Source: an uncultured Bacteroidota bacterium (lineage in GTDB: Bacteria; CLD3; SB21). From it: a DNA stretch of 64,000 nt. Each line of letters starts with the position of its first letter. Position 1 is the stretch's first letter. Location: NCBI GenBank assembly GCA_964544475.1, contig CAZJBS010000010.1:9961-73960 (forward strand), given 5' to 3'. The notes under the pieces were generated by a model that was not told the DNA's origin, did not search any database, and saw only the letters and a program-made list of their open reading frames with translations. Below, piece after piece: positions 1-10,589 of this stretch. The position numbers and the translations under genes were made by a program.

Positions 1-756
1 CCGCGATGCTTCGTGACCACAAACTCCCCGGATGGCGCCATCTCAATGATCGGGTATCCGATATCATGAAAAGATCCGACGTCCTCCCAGTCTGTTATGT
101 TGCCTCCTGTCGCCTGGGCGCCGCACTCGATAATATGACCGGCCACAATGCCGGCCGCCATTTTGTCCCAATCATCCATGGCCCAGCCAAATTCGTGGAT
201 CATGGGAGCCAACGTGATACCGGTATCGGTGACCCTGCCGGTCACGACGATTTGACATCCGCTGTCCAGAGCCTTAACCACCGGCTCGGCGCCAAGATAG
301 ATATTGGCTGAGGAAATTCGCGAGCGCACATTGAGAAAGCTCTCACCGGTCTCCATATTCGTAAAACGTTCGCCGGCAGCGGTCAACTCATACAATTCAC
401 CGACAATATCGTCGCCATAGACGACACCCACTTTGATATCATGACCCATTTTTCTTGCCAATTCGATGATCTTACGGCCCAAACCGATCGGATTGATCCC
501 TCCGGCATTGGAGATGACGCAGACTTTTTTCTTCACGATCAGTGGCAGGCACTCCGTCATCTGCTCGAGAAAATCGGTGGCGTAGCCCAGTTCGGGATTT
601 GAGGCTCTCTGCCGCTGCAGGATTGACATGGTGATTTCGGCGAGAAAGTCCATCGTGATGTAATCCACGGGTCCGCCAAGCAATTGGCGCTTGAGGGCGG
701 ACAAATCATCACCCCAATATCCTCCCGCATTACCGATACGAATCTTCTTTTTCATG
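1..756 (-). CDS. AtuA-like protein (DUF1446 family), 3' partial (C-terminus lies beyond the window start)
   Basis: Minus-strand ORF starting with ATG at 754-756. The translation begins MKKKIRIGNAGGYWGDDLSALKRQLLGGPVDYITMDFLAEITMSIL, typical of the AtuA/DUF1446 N-terminus. It continues to the window edge. Confidence 0.55.
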
Positions 757-865
757 TGTCTGTGTGGTTTGGATGTGAGGCTGCGACCCGGCCGACAAGT
801 CGTTCCTCCGGCCTTTCGGCGGAAGAGCGGTGACGCCGCCATGTGTTAATACTTGAGCGGAAATA

Positions 866-1267
866 TCAATACCATTTCGGAACAAACTTGTGACCGTAAC
901 TGATGACGCCGGCATTTCCTTCGGATTGTATTTTTCTGAATTCGAGCCGGACCTCCATACCGATATGTATTTTCTCCACGTCACAATCCGCAAACTGCGC
1001 CATGAAACGCGTGCCGTTGGAGAGTTCTGCAATCCCCAGAGCGTAGGGGGCAAGGTCCTTGTGCTGAGCCGACGCGGTTCGAATGACCGTATACGTCAGA
1101 ATGTGGCCCGTATCCGGCAGCATGACCTTGACGCCTTCGGTGTCTCCGGTTGTAGGGTCAATTTTGCGCGGCGGATAGTAGGTTCTACCGCTCTTCTTGA
1201 ATTGAAACGCTTCCAGCCGGTAGCGCCGGGGATATTCACGCCAATTGCGGGAACTGAACATACTCAT
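866..1267 (-). CDS. DUF35 OB-fold / Zn-ribbon protein (thiolase / HMG-CoA synthase complex scaffold-like)
   Basis: 133-aa ORF directly downstream of and overlapping (4 bp) a thiolase gene. Its size and position match the DUF35 partner of archaeal-type thiolase/HMGCS complexes. Confidence 0.55.
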   Translation of the reverse strand: MSMFSSRNWREYPRRYRLEAFQFKKSGRTYYPPRKIDPTTGDTEGVKVMLPDTGHILTYTVIRTASAQHKDLAPYALGIAELSNGTRFMAQFADCDVEKIHIGMEVRLEFRKIQSEGNAGVISYGHKFVPKWY

Positions 1268-2427
1268 GAACCTGCCTCCAGTATGTGCACCACCGACGAA
1301 GCGCCGGTGCCGCCCATGTTTTGCGCCATGCCGATCCTGGGAAAGGACGGTATCTGGCGCCCGTTTTCAGCCTGACCGGTCAATTGTTTGTACACTTCGA
1401 CAATCTGAGCGACGCCGGTCGCACCGACCGGATGTCCTTTGGATTTCAATCCACCGGATGAGTTGATAGGAAACCTGCCTTCAAGCGATGTCTCGCAGGC
1501 CAGGATGGCCTCGCCGGCTTTGCCGGGTTCGAATATGCCGATGGATTCGGCGACGATAATTTCAGCAATGGTGAAACAATCGTGCAACTCCGCAAACTGA
1601 ATATCTTCGAGGCGTTTCCCCGACATCTTCAGGGCTCGTTTCATGGCGATCGTTGCGGACTGGATGGTCGTGAGATCCTCCCTGTGCGCAAGAGCGATGT
1701 AGTCAGTTCCGACGCCCGATGCCAGTATGCGGGTCCACGGCCTCTTCAATTTTTTTGCCATCTCCGGCGTTGTGACAATCACCGCCGCCGCGCCATCCGT
1801 AATGGGCGAACAATCGAGTATTCGAAGTGGGTCGGCAACCATGACGGACTGGGATACCTGATCCGCCGTCACTTCGAACGGATATTGGGCTTTTGGATTC
1901 CTGGATCCATTGCGATGATTCCTGACCGCTACGGCTGACAGCATCTCGCGCGTTGTACCGTACCGGGCCATGTGCGCATGGGCCATCATGGCGTACAACC
2001 CCGGGAACGTGGCGCCGTGAAACACCTCGTATTCCTGGTCGGCCGCCGTCGCCAAAGCGGCGGTGCCTTCATCGGAGGAACAGTCGGTCATTTTTTCAAC
2101 GCCGGAGGCCATGACGATATCCGATGCGCCGGACGCGACGTCCAGGAAAGCCAGCCGGACCGCCATGCCTCCCGATGCGCAGGCCGACTCGACCCGAACC
2201 GCGGGAAGACCCGGCATGCCAAGGTAATCGGCCATCAGTGCGCCAAGATGTTCCTGCCCGACGAACAAACCTCCGGACATGCACCCGACATACAGGGAAT
2301 CCAAATGGTCGACCCCGGCGTTGTTTATCGCTTCGGTCGCGGCATCGACAAACAAATCACGAATGGACGAACGCCACACTTCACCCCACTCGGATAATCC
2401 AACTCCAACTACGGCAACGTCACGCAT
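1264..2427 (-). CDS. Thiolase-family protein (acetyl-CoA acetyltransferase, SCP-x-like)
   Basis: 387 aa. N-terminus [15 protein letters not shown] and the active-site region [14 protein letters not shown] are typical of the thiolase fold. Confidence 0.8.
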   Translation of the reverse strand: MRDVAVVGVGLSEWGEVWRSSIRDLFVDAATEAINNAGVDHLDSLYVGCMSGGLFVGQEHLGALMADYLGMPGLPAVRVESACASGGMAVRLAFLDVASGASDIVMASGVEKMTDCSSDEGTAALATAADQEYEVFHGATFPGLYAMMAHAHMARYGTTREMLSAVAVRNHRNGSRNPKAQYPFEVTADQVSQSVMVADPLRILDCSPITDGAAAVIVTTPEMAKKLKRPWTRILASGVGTDYIALAHREDLTTIQSATIAMKRALKMSGKRLEDIQFAELHDCFTIAEIIVAESIGIFEPGKAGEAILACETSLEGRFPINSSGGLKSKGHPVGATGVAQIVEVYKQLTGQAENGRQIPSFPRIGMAQNMGGTGASSVVHILEAGS

Positions 2428-2438
2428 GGGTTGTTCTC

Positions 2439-3488
2439 CTAATCGTTCTTGCGAATTTTGTGACGGAACTTGGCGTAGGTTCCATAATCTATATAGATGA
2501 GATTCTCGTTCAGGAGCTTTTTCGTCCGGACGGCACGGTCGCGCACCTCATCAATGCGTTCGGTCACTTTCCAGACAAACGCATCCGATCCGGCTCCGGA
2601 TCCGTATGAGCACATGAACACCAAATCGCCGGGTTTGCACACATCCAGTGTTGCTGTCAGTCCGATTGGGGAAGCGCCGGAGTATGTATTTCCAAGCGTA
2701 GGTGACAACCAGCCCGGATCGATCTGGTCTTGCGTAAATCCAAGTTCGAGGGCGACACGTTGAGGGAACTTGCCATTAGGCTGATGAAAGACGGCAAAGG
2801 CAAAATCCTTTGGCTTCATGCCGGCTTTTTCCAGGAGGGCCAACGACGCTCCTTTGGTGTGAGCAAAGTACGCCTCTTCGCCCGTAAATCGCCCCCCGTG
2901 TTGAGGGTAGAATTGATGTTCGCGGCGCCAGAAATCAGGTGTATCGGTCATGAAGGAATGCGTATGCAGGCATTCGGCAATCAGATGATCATTGCCCATG
3001 ATGAAAGCGCCGGCGCCGGCCGCGGCCGAAAATTCGAGCGCATCGGACGGCGCGCCCTGCGATGTGTCGGCCGCGATCGCCAGGGCATACTTCATGTAGC
3101 CCGCGGCCACGTGGGAGAGCGCCACAAACATCGCTTCCGAACCCGCCTTGCAGGCAAATTCGAAATCTGCGCAATGAATGTTCGGTGTCGCCCCGATCGC
3201 CTCGGCCACGGTGGTCCCTGACGGCTTGACGGCATACGGATGCGATTCCGACCCCACGTACACGGCCCCGATCTCCTGAGGATCAACGACGACCGCTCTC
3301 TTCATAGCGTTGCGGGCCGCCTCCACAGCCAGCGTGATCGTATCCATGTCGGGCGGAGGTACCGACTTCTCACGCAACATCAGGCCTTTTTTGTAACTCT
3401 GAGCATCCATACCCCAGGTTTTGGCAATTTCTTCGACTTTGATTCTGTGCCGGGGCAGATGCGCGCCATAGCCAACAATACCAGCCAT
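2439..3488 (-). CDS. Hydroxymethylglutaryl-CoA synthase-family protein (archaeal/bacterial HMGCS type)
   Basis: 349 aa with a thiolase-like condensing-enzyme fold ([13 protein letters not shown] ... FHQPNGKFP ... [11 protein letters not shown]). It is first in the HMGCS-thiolase-DUF35 gene order. Confidence 0.65.
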   Translation of the reverse strand: MAGIVGYGAHLPRHRIKVEEIAKTWGMDAQSYKKGLMLREKSVPPPDMDTITLAVEAARNAMKRAVVVDPQEIGAVYVGSESHPYAVKPSGTTVAEAIGATPNIHCADFEFACKAGSEAMFVALSHVAAGYMKYALAIAADTSQGAPSDALEFSAAAGAGAFIMGNDHLIAECLHTHSFMTDTPDFWRREHQFYPQHGGRFTGEEAYFAHTKGASLALLEKAGMKPKDFAFAVFHQPNGKFPQRVALELGFTQDQIDPGWLSPTLGNTYSGASPIGLTATLDVCKPGDLVFMCSYGSGAGSDAFVWKVTERIDEVRDRAVRTKKLLNENLIYIDYGTYAKFRHKIRKND

Positions 3489-3667
3489 AACATCACCTCT
3501 GATGAATAGAAAAGGGCAAACGCTTGCTCATGTATCTTGAAAGAATGGAGAGAACAGATAATGATAGATGGTTGAGAAACGCTGATTGCATGACTGAAAA
3601 ATAGCCGTTGTCCGGCACAATTACAAGTGCCGCCCGTTATCGGTTGGAACGTATCAGTCGGCCGCCT

Positions 3668-3880
3668 TCACTTCCGTTGCGTGAGGATCTTGACGTCGGC
3701 TTCCTTTTCGTAGTACTCGCGCGTCTTTTTGGATTCGTCAACGCGTCCGAGCGTCTCAAACACTTTGGACACGTCGTCGCAGGAGGCGCCTTTGATGCCG
3801 CGAATCGTGTACTCGACGGAACCGTCTTTCTTTATGGTGAATTCAATCTCCTGGAAATCGTCGGCCACGATCACGCCCAC
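3668..3880 (-). CDS. DUF2997-like small protein
   Basis: 70-aa ORF overlapping by 10 bp an upstream DUF1257-like gene. This conserved pairing occurs in many bacteria. Confidence 0.4.
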   Translation of the reverse strand: MGVIVADDFQEIEFTIKKDGSVEYTIRGIKGASCDDVSKVFETLGRVDESKKTREYYEKEADVKILTQRK

Positions 3881-4242
3881 TTTCTGAGCACCAGCCGGAT
3901 CGACTGGTTGTCGTCGGAGGTCTCTTTGACCAGTTGGAAGCCGGCCTTTTTGGCGCCGGCCAGCACTTTTCGACAGGCGTATTTTTGGGTCAATTGGGAA
4001 ATGAACTTCGGGCTCTTCTTCAGAATCATGTCGTCACCCGCGAGTTCGTAGACGCCGGACTTGTTCCTGATGAACCCGACCATGCCAAAAGGCGTTTTGA
4101 CGGCGATGTCCACGTCGAATACCCGGTTGAGAAGAGTCTTGATCTTGCGCGTGCGCAGCACCTCGCATTTCATTTCGCGCAACGCTTCCTTAAGGAACAG
4201 TATTTCGGTCAACGACGTCTTGAGGGTGACGAACCTGGACAT
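3871..4242 (-). CDS. DUF1257-like protein
   Basis: The ORF track gives 3871..4341. The N-terminal 33 codons look spurious, so I place the start at the internal ATG (MSRFVTLKTSLTEILFLKEALREM...). The protein is 123 aa. Confidence 0.4.
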   Translation of the reverse strand: MSRFVTLKTSLTEILFLKEALREMKCEVLRTRKIKTLLNRVFDVDIAVKTPFGMVGFIRNKSGVYELAGDDMILKKSPKFISQLTQKYACRKVLAGAKKAGFQLVKETSDDNQSIRLVLRKWA

Positions 4243-4324
4243 GGGATACTTTCTTCTTTGCGACAAGTGTAGTATACTGTTGCGAAGGTAGAGAAATTCG
4301 CGATGTCTTGCAAACCATAATTCC

Positions 4325-4882
4325 ATGCGACGATTTCGCAAAACGCTGTTGACGTTGATGGCCCTGGCGGCGGCCTTTGGCGGGGGCGTGTATCACAAGG
4401 AAATCCTCCGTTTCGTGGAAACCGTGCAATCCGGAAGTCTCCGGCCGGATGACGCCGTTGTGCGTCGTGTCGTCGACGGTGACACGTTCGTCATTTTTGT
4501 GGATGGCCGCGAGGAAAAAGTAAGGCTGATCGGCGTCGATACACCCGAATCCCGCGCCAATGAGAAAGCCGGAAAAGACTCCAAACGCAGCGGGAAGGAT
4601 CTTCAAAGTATCATGGCCCAGGGCAAACAGGCCAAACATTTCGTGGAAAAGCTGGTTCCTGCGGGAACGTCCGTCCGTATTGAAATCGACGTGCAGAAGC
4701 GCGACAAATACGGACGTATGCTGGCGTACCTCTATTTGCCCGACGGACGCATGGTCAACGAAGAAATCATCAAAGCCGGCTTTGCCTCGCCGATGACCTA
4801 TCCTCCCAATGTGAAGCATGAGGCCAGGTTCAGACTGGCCTATCAGAAGGCCCGTGAAAACAAGGTCGGACTTTGGAAATAA
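4325..4882 (+). CDS. Secreted thermonuclease (staphylococcal nuclease / SNase-like)
   Basis: 185 aa. N-terminal signal-like segment MRRFRKTLLTLMALAAAFGGG. SNase motifs VVDGDTF ... RLIGVDTPE ... KYGRMLAYLY. Confidence 0.7.
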   Translation: MRRFRKTLLTLMALAAAFGGGVYHKEILRFVETVQSGSLRPDDAVVRRVVDGDTFVIFVDGREEKVRLIGVDTPESRANEKAGKDSKRSGKDLQSIMAQGKQAKHFVEKLVPAGTSVRIEIDVQKRDKYGRMLAYLYLPDGRMVNEEIIKAGFASPMTYPPNVKHEARFRLAYQKARENKVGLWK

Positions 4883-5300
4883 ATCTTTACGGAATTATTT
4901 TTCCCCAATAACTCTATTCGTACCCCTCAAAACCTGACGAAGGTCATTTACAAGTGAACGATATGGCCCTATCTTGGAGATGTTTATCGCAATGTTCTTT
5001 GAAAAATCGTATCAGACTCACTGGTACTTTAGAAATCCTCCTTAAAGTGCAGGGAAGCTACAATCATCTCAACATCCTTGCAGATTGACTTGAATCCCAC
5101 AGTGAGGCTATCTAATCGATTGTAGATCGGGCAACGGGATTGAACCTGGACTGATTACACGCTCATCTGGACGGCGCTTGAACCTCAACTCAGCAGCGTG
5201 ACAAAATTTGCCCGGTTTCAGTGGATTGGATAGCCTCATCCCACCTTCAAAATCAACTCTTCTAACGCGAATCAACCCTCGGACGGCAAATGTGCGCTCG

Positions 5301-6584
5301 TCATGGTTTGGAATGCGTCGTAATGGTCTCCAACCCGTGACCCGCGGGTCCCATTTCATTTCTTCGGAGGAGGTATGCGAACACCAATCCGACAAATCCC
5401 AGACACGAAAAGATCCACATACCCAGGGCGTAACCACCGGGATTTTCCGGGCCGGCGAATGAGATGTCATTGGCCCAGCCGATGAGCAGATTGAAACCGG
5501 CCAGTCCCACATTCTGAATGAGCGTCATGAGACCGTACGCCGTGCCGAGCTTGTTTTCTTCGACAATGTAGGCTACCGACGGCCACATGATCGCCGGTAT
5601 CAGGGAAAACGCCACACCCATCATGGCCATGGGAACGTACAAGCTGACGTGGGTGTAGGCCATAATCAGGTACACCGGGATCAGCAGGAGCGACCCGAAG
5701 ATCATGGAAAGGGCGCGTTTGCCCACACGATCAACCAACAGCCCGAACAGCGGCGTGGCAATCATCGCAAACAAGGTCAGCATGCTTGAAAGAAATCCGC
5801 CCAGTTCGCGGGTGGCCCCGTGCGCATCAATGAAAAACTTGACGGCAAAAGTCTGAAACGGAAAGATACCGGAATAGAAGGTGATGCACAGCGCCACGAT
5901 GTACCAATACGATTTGCCGAATTTCCACAAATCCGAAAAAACGACTTTATCGGTCTGAGCGGCCGAGCCCATCTCGTATCTGGATTCCGCCCGTACTTCA
6001 AGTATCCAATATATCAGCGCGCCCACAATGCACATGATCGCGAAGATCACCGAAATGATCAGCGGCCATTGCCAGTTGTCGTAATAGGCTTCGGCCCATG
6101 ACGGCGAATTCAAAGCCGCAAAGGATCCAAGCCGTGCGATGGTCAGGTTGACGCCAAAGGCAAAACTCAGTTCCTTGCCTTTGAACCACTTGGCGATGGC
6201 CGTCGTGACGGCCACGATCAGCGACTCGGCGCCCAGGCCGAATACAAGTCTTCCGGAAGCCATGATCCACAGCGTGCCGGTGGCCGCCGTGATGGCCGCG
6301 CCCAGCAAACACAGGGCGGCAAAAATAAACGTGGCCTTTCGCGTGCCGATCCGGTCAATGATCATTCCGCCGATCAGGACCATCAGGATATTCGGTATGC
6401 TGTAAATCGCCTGCAGCAAGCCGATGTCCGAATCCGAAAAATGAAGTTGCGAGGCCAGCAGGTCGGCGAGCGGGCTGATGGCGTCGTAGACATAATAATT
6501 GCCGAACATGGCGAGACTGATGAAAACCAAAACGGACCACCGGAACATTCTGGAAGGTGGGTTTTTCGGAGCGGGTGATGTCAT
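5301..6584 (-). CDS. MFS transporter
   Basis: 427 aa, about 12 predicted hydrophobic helices. MFS-like motif GGMIIDRIGTRKA after TM2. Confidence 0.75.
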   Translation of the reverse strand: MTSPAPKNPPSRMFRWSVLVFISLAMFGNYYVYDAISPLADLLASQLHFSDSDIGLLQAIYSIPNILMVLIGGMIIDRIGTRKATFIFAALCLLGAAITAATGTLWIMASGRLVFGLGAESLIVAVTTAIAKWFKGKELSFAFGVNLTIARLGSFAALNSPSWAEAYYDNWQWPLIISVIFAIMCIVGALIYWILEVRAESRYEMGSAAQTDKVVFSDLWKFGKSYWYIVALCITFYSGIFPFQTFAVKFFIDAHGATRELGGFLSSMLTLFAMIATPLFGLLVDRVGKRALSMIFGSLLLIPVYLIMAYTHVSLYVPMAMMGVAFSLIPAIMWPSVAYIVEENKLGTAYGLMTLIQNVGLAGFNLLIGWANDISFAGPENPGGYALGMWIFSCLGFVGLVFAYLLRRNEMGPAGHGLETITTHSKP

Positions 6585-6675
6585 GACGAATCCTGATGTG
6601 TCTGGAGAAATGGAAAAAAAAGCGGTCCTCTCTCCGGGAGAGTCAGACCGCTTTTGAACGATTGTTTGACAAACG

Positions 6676-8133
6676 CTAGTTGACGTTCTTCAGAATACCG
6701 AGAAGAAAAGTCCAGAACTTCTCGACCGTGTCGATATAGATCTTCTCGTCCGGTGAGTGCACCCCTTCCAACGTCGGACCAAACGACACCATGTCCATCC
6801 CGGGGCATTTTTCGCCGATGATCCCGCATTCCAGACCCGCGTGGATGGCTTTCACGTGCGGTTCCTTCCCGTACAATTGCTTGTACGTGGATTGGGCGAC
6901 TTTCAGTATCGGAGAATTCAGGTTCGGTTTCCATCCCGGATAACCCTCGTTCCACGAAATGTCGGCGTGGCCCAGATTGAAGATACAACCGACGGATTGC
7001 GTAATTTCGATGATTTCCGAGGCGACCGAACTGCGCTGGCTGGTGGTCAGCGATATTTTCTTCTTATCCGTGATGATCACAGCCACATTGGTTGACGTCT
7101 CGACCAGACCAGGAATATCGGCGCTCATCTTGGTCACGCCATGGGGCAGGCTGGCAATCGTCTGGAGAATCTTCTTCTGCAGGCTCTTTTTGAAAACTTT
7201 GGCGCCGCGGAGGCCCTTGATCTCGGACACCGTCATTTGAAAATCGGGATCGACTGTCGAGATCTCAGCCTGAATGGTTTTTTGAAACGCGCTCACCAGG
7301 CTGACCGCCTCATCAAACCTCTTTTTCGGAATAAAAACCACCGCTTCGGCTTCGCGCGGAATGGCGTTGGTCTTGTTGCCGCCGTTGATCGAAGAAACAC
7401 GTCCGCCGATTTCGGACAGCGCCATGAGCGCGCGGTTCAGGCTTTTGATGGAATTGCCGCGCCCTTTGTCGATCTCCAGTCCCGAATGACCGCCTTTCAG
7501 GCCTTTCACGATCACGTGCACAGGCATGTGATTGGCGGGCACGGCGTCGTATTCGGCTTTCCAGGTGCCGGTCGTGTTCTTTCCGCCGGAGCAGCCGACG
7601 TAGACCGCGCCTTCTTCTTCAGAATCCAGGTTCAGCAACGTCCTGCTTTCAAGAAGATCGCCGCTCAGGTTGCTGGCTCCCGTCAATCCGGTCTCTTCGT
7701 CGACCGTGAAAAGAAATTCCAGGGGCCCGTGTTCCAGGGATTTGTCCTCCATAATGGCCAGATTGGTCGCCACGGCGATGCCGTTGTCGGCGCCCAGCGT
7801 CGTGCCATCGGCCATCAACACATTGCCATTCCGGATCAATTCAAGCGGATCCTTGGAAAAATCATGAACCTTGTCTTTGTTTTTTTCGCAGACCATGTCG
7901 AGGTGCCCCTGCAGGCAGACCGAACGTACATGTTCGCGGCCCTGCGACGCCGGTTTCTTCACAACGACATTGCCCGTTTCATCCCGCCGCGACGTCAAAC
8001 CCAGCCGCCTGGCAACCCCGGTGACGTAGTCAATCATCTTTTCTTCATGTTTCGAGCAACGCGGAATTTTCGAAATCTCGGCGAAATACCGCCAAACCGC
8101 TTCCGGTTTTAATCCTTCAATCGCCTTTGACAT
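6676..8133 (-). CDS. pepD: Aminoacyl-histidine dipeptidase (Xaa-His dipeptidase, M20 family)
   Basis: 485 aa. N-terminal region LKPEAVWRYFAEISKIPRCSKHEEKMIDYV and metal-binding motifs HLDMV, DNGIAVA and EEEG match PepD. Confidence 0.8.
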   Translation of the reverse strand: MSKAIEGLKPEAVWRYFAEISKIPRCSKHEEKMIDYVTGVARRLGLTSRRDETGNVVVKKPASQGREHVRSVCLQGHLDMVCEKNKDKVHDFSKDPLELIRNGNVLMADGTTLGADNGIAVATNLAIMEDKSLEHGPLEFLFTVDEETGLTGASNLSGDLLESRTLLNLDSEEEGAVYVGCSGGKNTTGTWKAEYDAVPANHMPVHVIVKGLKGGHSGLEIDKGRGNSIKSLNRALMALSEIGGRVSSINGGNKTNAIPREAEAVVFIPKKRFDEAVSLVSAFQKTIQAEISTVDPDFQMTVSEIKGLRGAKVFKKSLQKKILQTIASLPHGVTKMSADIPGLVETSTNVAVIITDKKKISLTTSQRSSVASEIIEITQSVGCIFNLGHADISWNEGYPGWKPNLNSPILKVAQSTYKQLYGKEPHVKAIHAGLECGIIGEKCPGMDMVSFGPTLEGVHSPDEKIYIDTVEKFWTFLLGILKNVN

Positions 8134-8151
8134 TGGAGTATCCTTCCGTGG

Positions 8152-8550
8152 TTAATTCAGGCATGGCTGGCCGGATGTGGCCGTCGGGAGAAGAATGAAC
8201 TTCTCCTTTTCCAGCGCCCGGATGAATTTTCCGATTCGATCATACACCGGTTCGACCGATTCGCCGAAGGTGTCTTTCATGCTTTCGGCAATCCGGCGCA
8301 CGGGCGTATCGCCGTCAAATCGCTGCCAGAGAAAACTGCCGTACGCGTCGAGTTTGATTCTGAAATTCGGTTTGGAGAGCATCGGCATGATGTACTTCAC
8401 GGCTAACCGGCTCTTGAATTTCGGAATCAGCAGAACCACTTGTTCCTGTTCCGCCATTTCCCATGACACATTGCGCACGGGACACAATTCCAGCAGATTG
8501 ACCTCGGCCTGCCCGCCCGGTTTGTTGGAACTTTTCATCGTATGACTCAC
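8152..8550 (-). CDS. PqqD-family-like small protein
   Basis: 132 aa. The C-terminal roughly 90 aa follow the PqqD pattern (VSWEMAEQEQVVLLIP ... LDAYGSFLWQRFDGDTPVRRIAESM ... VYDRIGKFIRALEKEKFIL). It lies between pepD and an OPT transporter gene. Confidence 0.4.
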   Translation of the reverse strand: MSHTMKSSNKPGGQAEVNLLELCPVRNVSWEMAEQEQVVLLIPKFKSRLAVKYIMPMLSKPNFRIKLDAYGSFLWQRFDGDTPVRRIAESMKDTFGESVEPVYDRIGKFIRALEKEKFILLPTATSGQPCLN

Positions 8551-10589
8551 TAAAACACGGCCGTCGGAGGCGCGGGTTCATCCGGCTTTCCCGCATTTCG
8601 GATCGGAATCTGGATGAGTATCAGCGCGATGACCGCAAACACGCCCAGACTCACGAGGAACGACGGTTGATCAAAAAACGCAAATAACCTGGTGTCGGTA
8701 AAGGCCAGCGTGGCAAACAAGAGTCCGATCAGCGCTTCGCCCGCGATCAAACCCGCCGCCAGAAGCACGCCGGTGTTTTCGACACGCGCCTTCTGGGCCG
8801 CGTTGTGCTGGCGCTTTTCATTGAACCGCTCGACGACGCCTTTGATGAGGCCGCCGATAAAAATGGCGAAGGTTGTTTCCAGGGGCAGGTACATGCCGAC
8901 GCTGACCAGCATTGGGCTTTTGACCTGCATCAGAATAAAACAGAAACCCATCAGCATGCCGACAATGATCAGCGGCCACGCCATGTCGCCGCCGACTATG
9001 CCCTGCGACAACAACGCCATCAGGCTCGCCTGCGGAGCGGGCAGGTTGCGGCCGCCGAAGCCTGTGCCGCCCGTGTTGATGTCGCCCTGGTGCAATACGA
9101 CCAGAGGCAGAAACATGATCACGGAAGCCAGGCCGACCCCGAGAAGATCGCCGATCTGCATTTTCCACGGCGTTCCACCGAGGATGTGACCGACTTTGAG
9201 GTCCTGCAACATTTCACCGGCCACCGCCGCCGAAACGCAAACCACGGCCGCGACGCCCAAAACGGCCGCGACCCCGGTCGCGCCTTTCATGCCGAGCGCC
9301 ACCATCAGAATGGCCGCGACCAGCAGCGTCGAAAGCGTCAAGCCGCTGATCGGATTATTGCTGGAACCGATGATGCCGACGAGATATCCGGAAACGGCGG
9401 CAAAGAAAAAGCCCGCTATGATCATGACCACAGTCGCGACCAGGGCGGCCACCACGTCGCCGGCGAAATAATAATAAATAAAAAATGTCGCCACGGCGCT
9501 GCCAAGGATGCCCAGCATGATCCAGTTGAATTTCAAATCCTGTTCCGTGCGGCTCGTCGTGTGTTCACCGGTCGCCGCCTTCTTGACGTCGCTGATGGAA
9601 CGGCTGATGCCGGTGATCAGGCTTTTGCGCATGCGGAATAGCGTGAACCCCGCCCCAACCAACATGCCGCCGATCGCAATCGGTCGCACAATGAAACGCC
9701 ATATATTGGTCGCCAGGGCCAGCCAGGTGTCGGCATCCGCCGTCTGCCCTTCCGGCACCAGCGTCGGCAATAACGACGGCGCGAGGAAATACGTGATGAT
9801 CGGAACCAGAAGTCCCCAGGCGAGCAACCCGCCTGAAAAATTCAACGACGCAAGTTTCGGACCGATGATGTATCCGACGCCGATGTAAGCCGGGCTGACG
9901 CCGGGCGAACTCAACACGATGCCGCCCTGCGCACCGGCCTGGCCGGACGCCCGCAGACTGATCGACGCCTTCGAAAAGCCGATGAATTTTTCCCACGTCG
10001 TCGCAAAAAATTTGAATTGACCCAGCGCCTGGATCAACGCGCCAATACCCATGGCGCCGAACAAAAACTTGGCGCCCGTGCCGCCGGAACGGCCGGCCTT
10101 GTGAATTTCAGACGCGGCGACCGATTCCGGGAATGGCAGGTCCACATCCTCCACCATCACACGCCGCAACAAGGCGACAAACATGATGCCGAGCACGCCG
10201 CCCACAAACATAATCGCCGTTGAGGCGAGGTAGTGCTCCATGGTGGCAAATTCATTCCAGTCCGGCAGAACTTCCCGGGCGATGAAAAAAGCCGGAATCG
10301 TGAAAATGGCCCCGGCCGCGACAGACTCGCCGATGGAGCCAACGGTTCGGGCAAAGTTTTCTTCCAGAATGGATCCCTTCATAAGACGCAACAAAGCCAT
10401 GCCGATGACGGCGGCCGGATACGTCGCGGCTATCGTCATGCCGGCTTTCAGACCCAAATAGGCATTGGCGGCGCCCAGCACCACACTCATGACCAGACCG
10501 ATCACCAACGCGCGAATCGTGAACTCGCTCATCGACGTTTCAGCCGGAACATACGGCTGGAACTTCGATCCCGATGTGCTGTCAGACAT
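8550..10589 (-). CDS. OPT-family oligopeptide transporter
   Basis: 679 aa, polytopic membrane protein. Its N-terminal region (IRALVIGLVMSVVLGAANAYLGLKAGMTIAATYPAAV) is typical of OPT/YgjI-type transporters. Confidence 0.8.
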   Translation of the reverse strand: MSDSTSGSKFQPYVPAETSMSEFTIRALVIGLVMSVVLGAANAYLGLKAGMTIAATYPAAVIGMALLRLMKGSILEENFARTVGSIGESVAAGAIFTIPAFFIAREVLPDWNEFATMEHYLASTAIMFVGGVLGIMFVALLRRVMVEDVDLPFPESVAASEIHKAGRSGGTGAKFLFGAMGIGALIQALGQFKFFATTWEKFIGFSKASISLRASGQAGAQGGIVLSSPGVSPAYIGVGYIIGPKLASLNFSGGLLAWGLLVPIITYFLAPSLLPTLVPEGQTADADTWLALATNIWRFIVRPIAIGGMLVGAGFTLFRMRKSLITGISRSISDVKKAATGEHTTSRTEQDLKFNWIMLGILGSAVATFFIYYYFAGDVVAALVATVVMIIAGFFFAAVSGYLVGIIGSSNNPISGLTLSTLLVAAILMVALGMKGATGVAAVLGVAAVVCVSAAVAGEMLQDLKVGHILGGTPWKMQIGDLLGVGLASVIMFLPLVVLHQGDINTGGTGFGGRNLPAPQASLMALLSQGIVGGDMAWPLIIVGMLMGFCFILMQVKSPMLVSVGMYLPLETTFAIFIGGLIKGVVERFNEKRQHNAAQKARVENTGVLLAAGLIAGEALIGLLFATLAFTDTRLFAFFDQPSFLVSLGVFAVIALILIQIPIRNAGKPDEPAPPTAVF

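Noticed and set aside
6-311. 101-aa + strand ORF at the window start
   Set aside because: It lies antisense inside the much better supported minus-strand AtuA-like gene. It is typical of spurious ORFs in GC-rich DNA.
7141-8112. 323-aa + strand ORF
   Set aside because: It is entirely antisense to pepD and its translation is Arg/Ala/Gly-rich low-complexity, which is a GC-rich antisense artefact.
8805-9641. 278-aa + strand ORF
   Set aside because: It is antisense within the OPT transporter gene. The protein is His/Arg/Asp-rich and non-globular.
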